Positions 62,860 through 64,000 of a stretch of 64,000 bases of DNA are shown here, one piece after another. The translations under genes and the position numbers were made by a program. The notes under the pieces are model-generated. The model ran no database searches. It had not been told where the DNA came from and was given only the letters and a program-made list of their open reading frames with translations. This stretch comes from Macrostomum hystrix (Eukaryota; Animalia; Platyhelminthes), in contig CATNEN010000003.1 in NCBI GenBank assembly GCA_950097015.1, positions 11,780,001 to 11,844,000 of the forward strand, written 5' to 3'. How positions within the stretch are numbered: position 1 is the stretch's first letter; each line of letters begins with the position of its first letter.

Positions 62860-64000
62860 ACAGAAACAGACGAGATAAATGAGAGAGAAAGGTAAGATAA
62901 ATAAGGGAGACAGGTGAGATAAATGAGGGCAACAGATAAGATAAATGAGGGAGGCAGGTGAGATAAATGAGGGCAACAGATAAGATAAATGAGGGAGACA
63001 GGTGAGATAAATGATGGAGACAGGTGAGATAAATGAGAGAGACAGGTGAGATAAATGAGGGCAACAGATAAGATAAATGAGTCAGGCAGGTGAGATAAAT
63101 GAGTGAGACAGGTGAGATAAATGAGGGAGACAGGTGAGATAAATAATGAAAACAGGTGAGATAAATGAGGGGACTGGTGAGATAAATGAGGGAGACAGGT
63201 GAGATGAATGATGGAGACAGGTGAGATAAATGATGGGACTGGTGAGATAAATGAGGGAGACAGGTGAGATGAATGAGAGAGACAGGTGAGATAAATGAGG
63301 GCAACAGATAAGATAAATGAGTCAGGCAGGTGAGATAAATGAGTGAGACAGGTGAGATAAATGATGGAGACAGGTGAGATAAATGATGAAAACAGGTGAG
63401 ATAAATGAGGGGACTGGTGAGATAAATGAGGGAAACAGGTGAGATGAATGAGGGGACTGGTGAGATAAATGAGGGAGACAGGTGAGATAAATGATGGAGA
63501 CAGGTGAGATGAATGATGGGACTGGTGAGATAAATGAGGGAGACAGGTGAGATAAATGAGGGGACTGGTGAGATAAATGAGGGAGACAGGTGAGATAAAT
63601 GAGGGAGACAGGTGAGATAAATGATGGAGACAGGTGAGATAAGTGAGGGCAACAGATAAGATAAATGAGGGAGACAGGTGAGATAAATGAGGGAGACAGG
63701 TGAGATGAATGAGGGTGACAGGTGAGATAAATGAGGGGACTGGTGAGATAAATGATGGAGACAGGTGAGATAAATGATGGAGACAGGTGAGATGAATGAG
63801 GGGACTGGTGAGATAAATGATGGAGACAGGTGAGATAAATGAGGGAGACAGGTGAGATAAATGAGGGAGACAGGTGAGATAAATGAGGGCAACAGATAAG
63901 ATAAATGAGGGAGACAGGTGAGATAAATGATGAAAACAAGTGAGATGAATGAGGGTGACAGGTGAGATAAATGAGGGGACAGGTGAGATAAATGATGGAG
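62860..64000. repeat. ~24-25-bp minisatellite ACAGGTGAGATAAATGAGGGAG, running off the window end
   Basis: Direct tandem array. Confidence 0.96.

Overview
AT-rich, intron-rich animal (invertebrate) genomic DNA. The poly-Q/poly-A coding style and repeat load suggest a free-living flatworm such as Macrostomum, but that is inference only. Hand splicing with GT-AG sites and consistent reading phases gives five protein genes. (1) The 3' part of a tandem-domain protein tyrosine phosphatase, Ptp36E-like (+, 8724-18509). (2) A two-RRM Sex-lethal/ELAV-family RNA-binding protein with a Q/H/P tail (-, 20239-21669). (3) A small four-exon CDPF1 orthologue that the ORF track misses (+, 24472-25223). (4) An odd-skipped/Osr C2H2 factor (-, 31905-38183). 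(5) A PLC-delta-like PI-phospholipase C (+, 46790-60972) that appears to begin with an N-terminal transmembrane helix. The window also has a full-length IS630/Tc1-mariner element with IR-DR ends and a C-terminal frameshift, two tRNA-derived SINE families, hAT- and piggyBac-like MITEs, a ~4.6 kb tandem duplication carrying a mariner remnant, and about 25 distinct mini/microsatellite arrays, many filling otherwise minimal introns. Most long ORFs in the supplied track are translations of tandem repeats. The best leads are the putative membrane-anchored PLC, the Sxl-like protein, a repeat-derived TCF+helper site cluster in a PLC intron, and the minisatellite-inflated introns.
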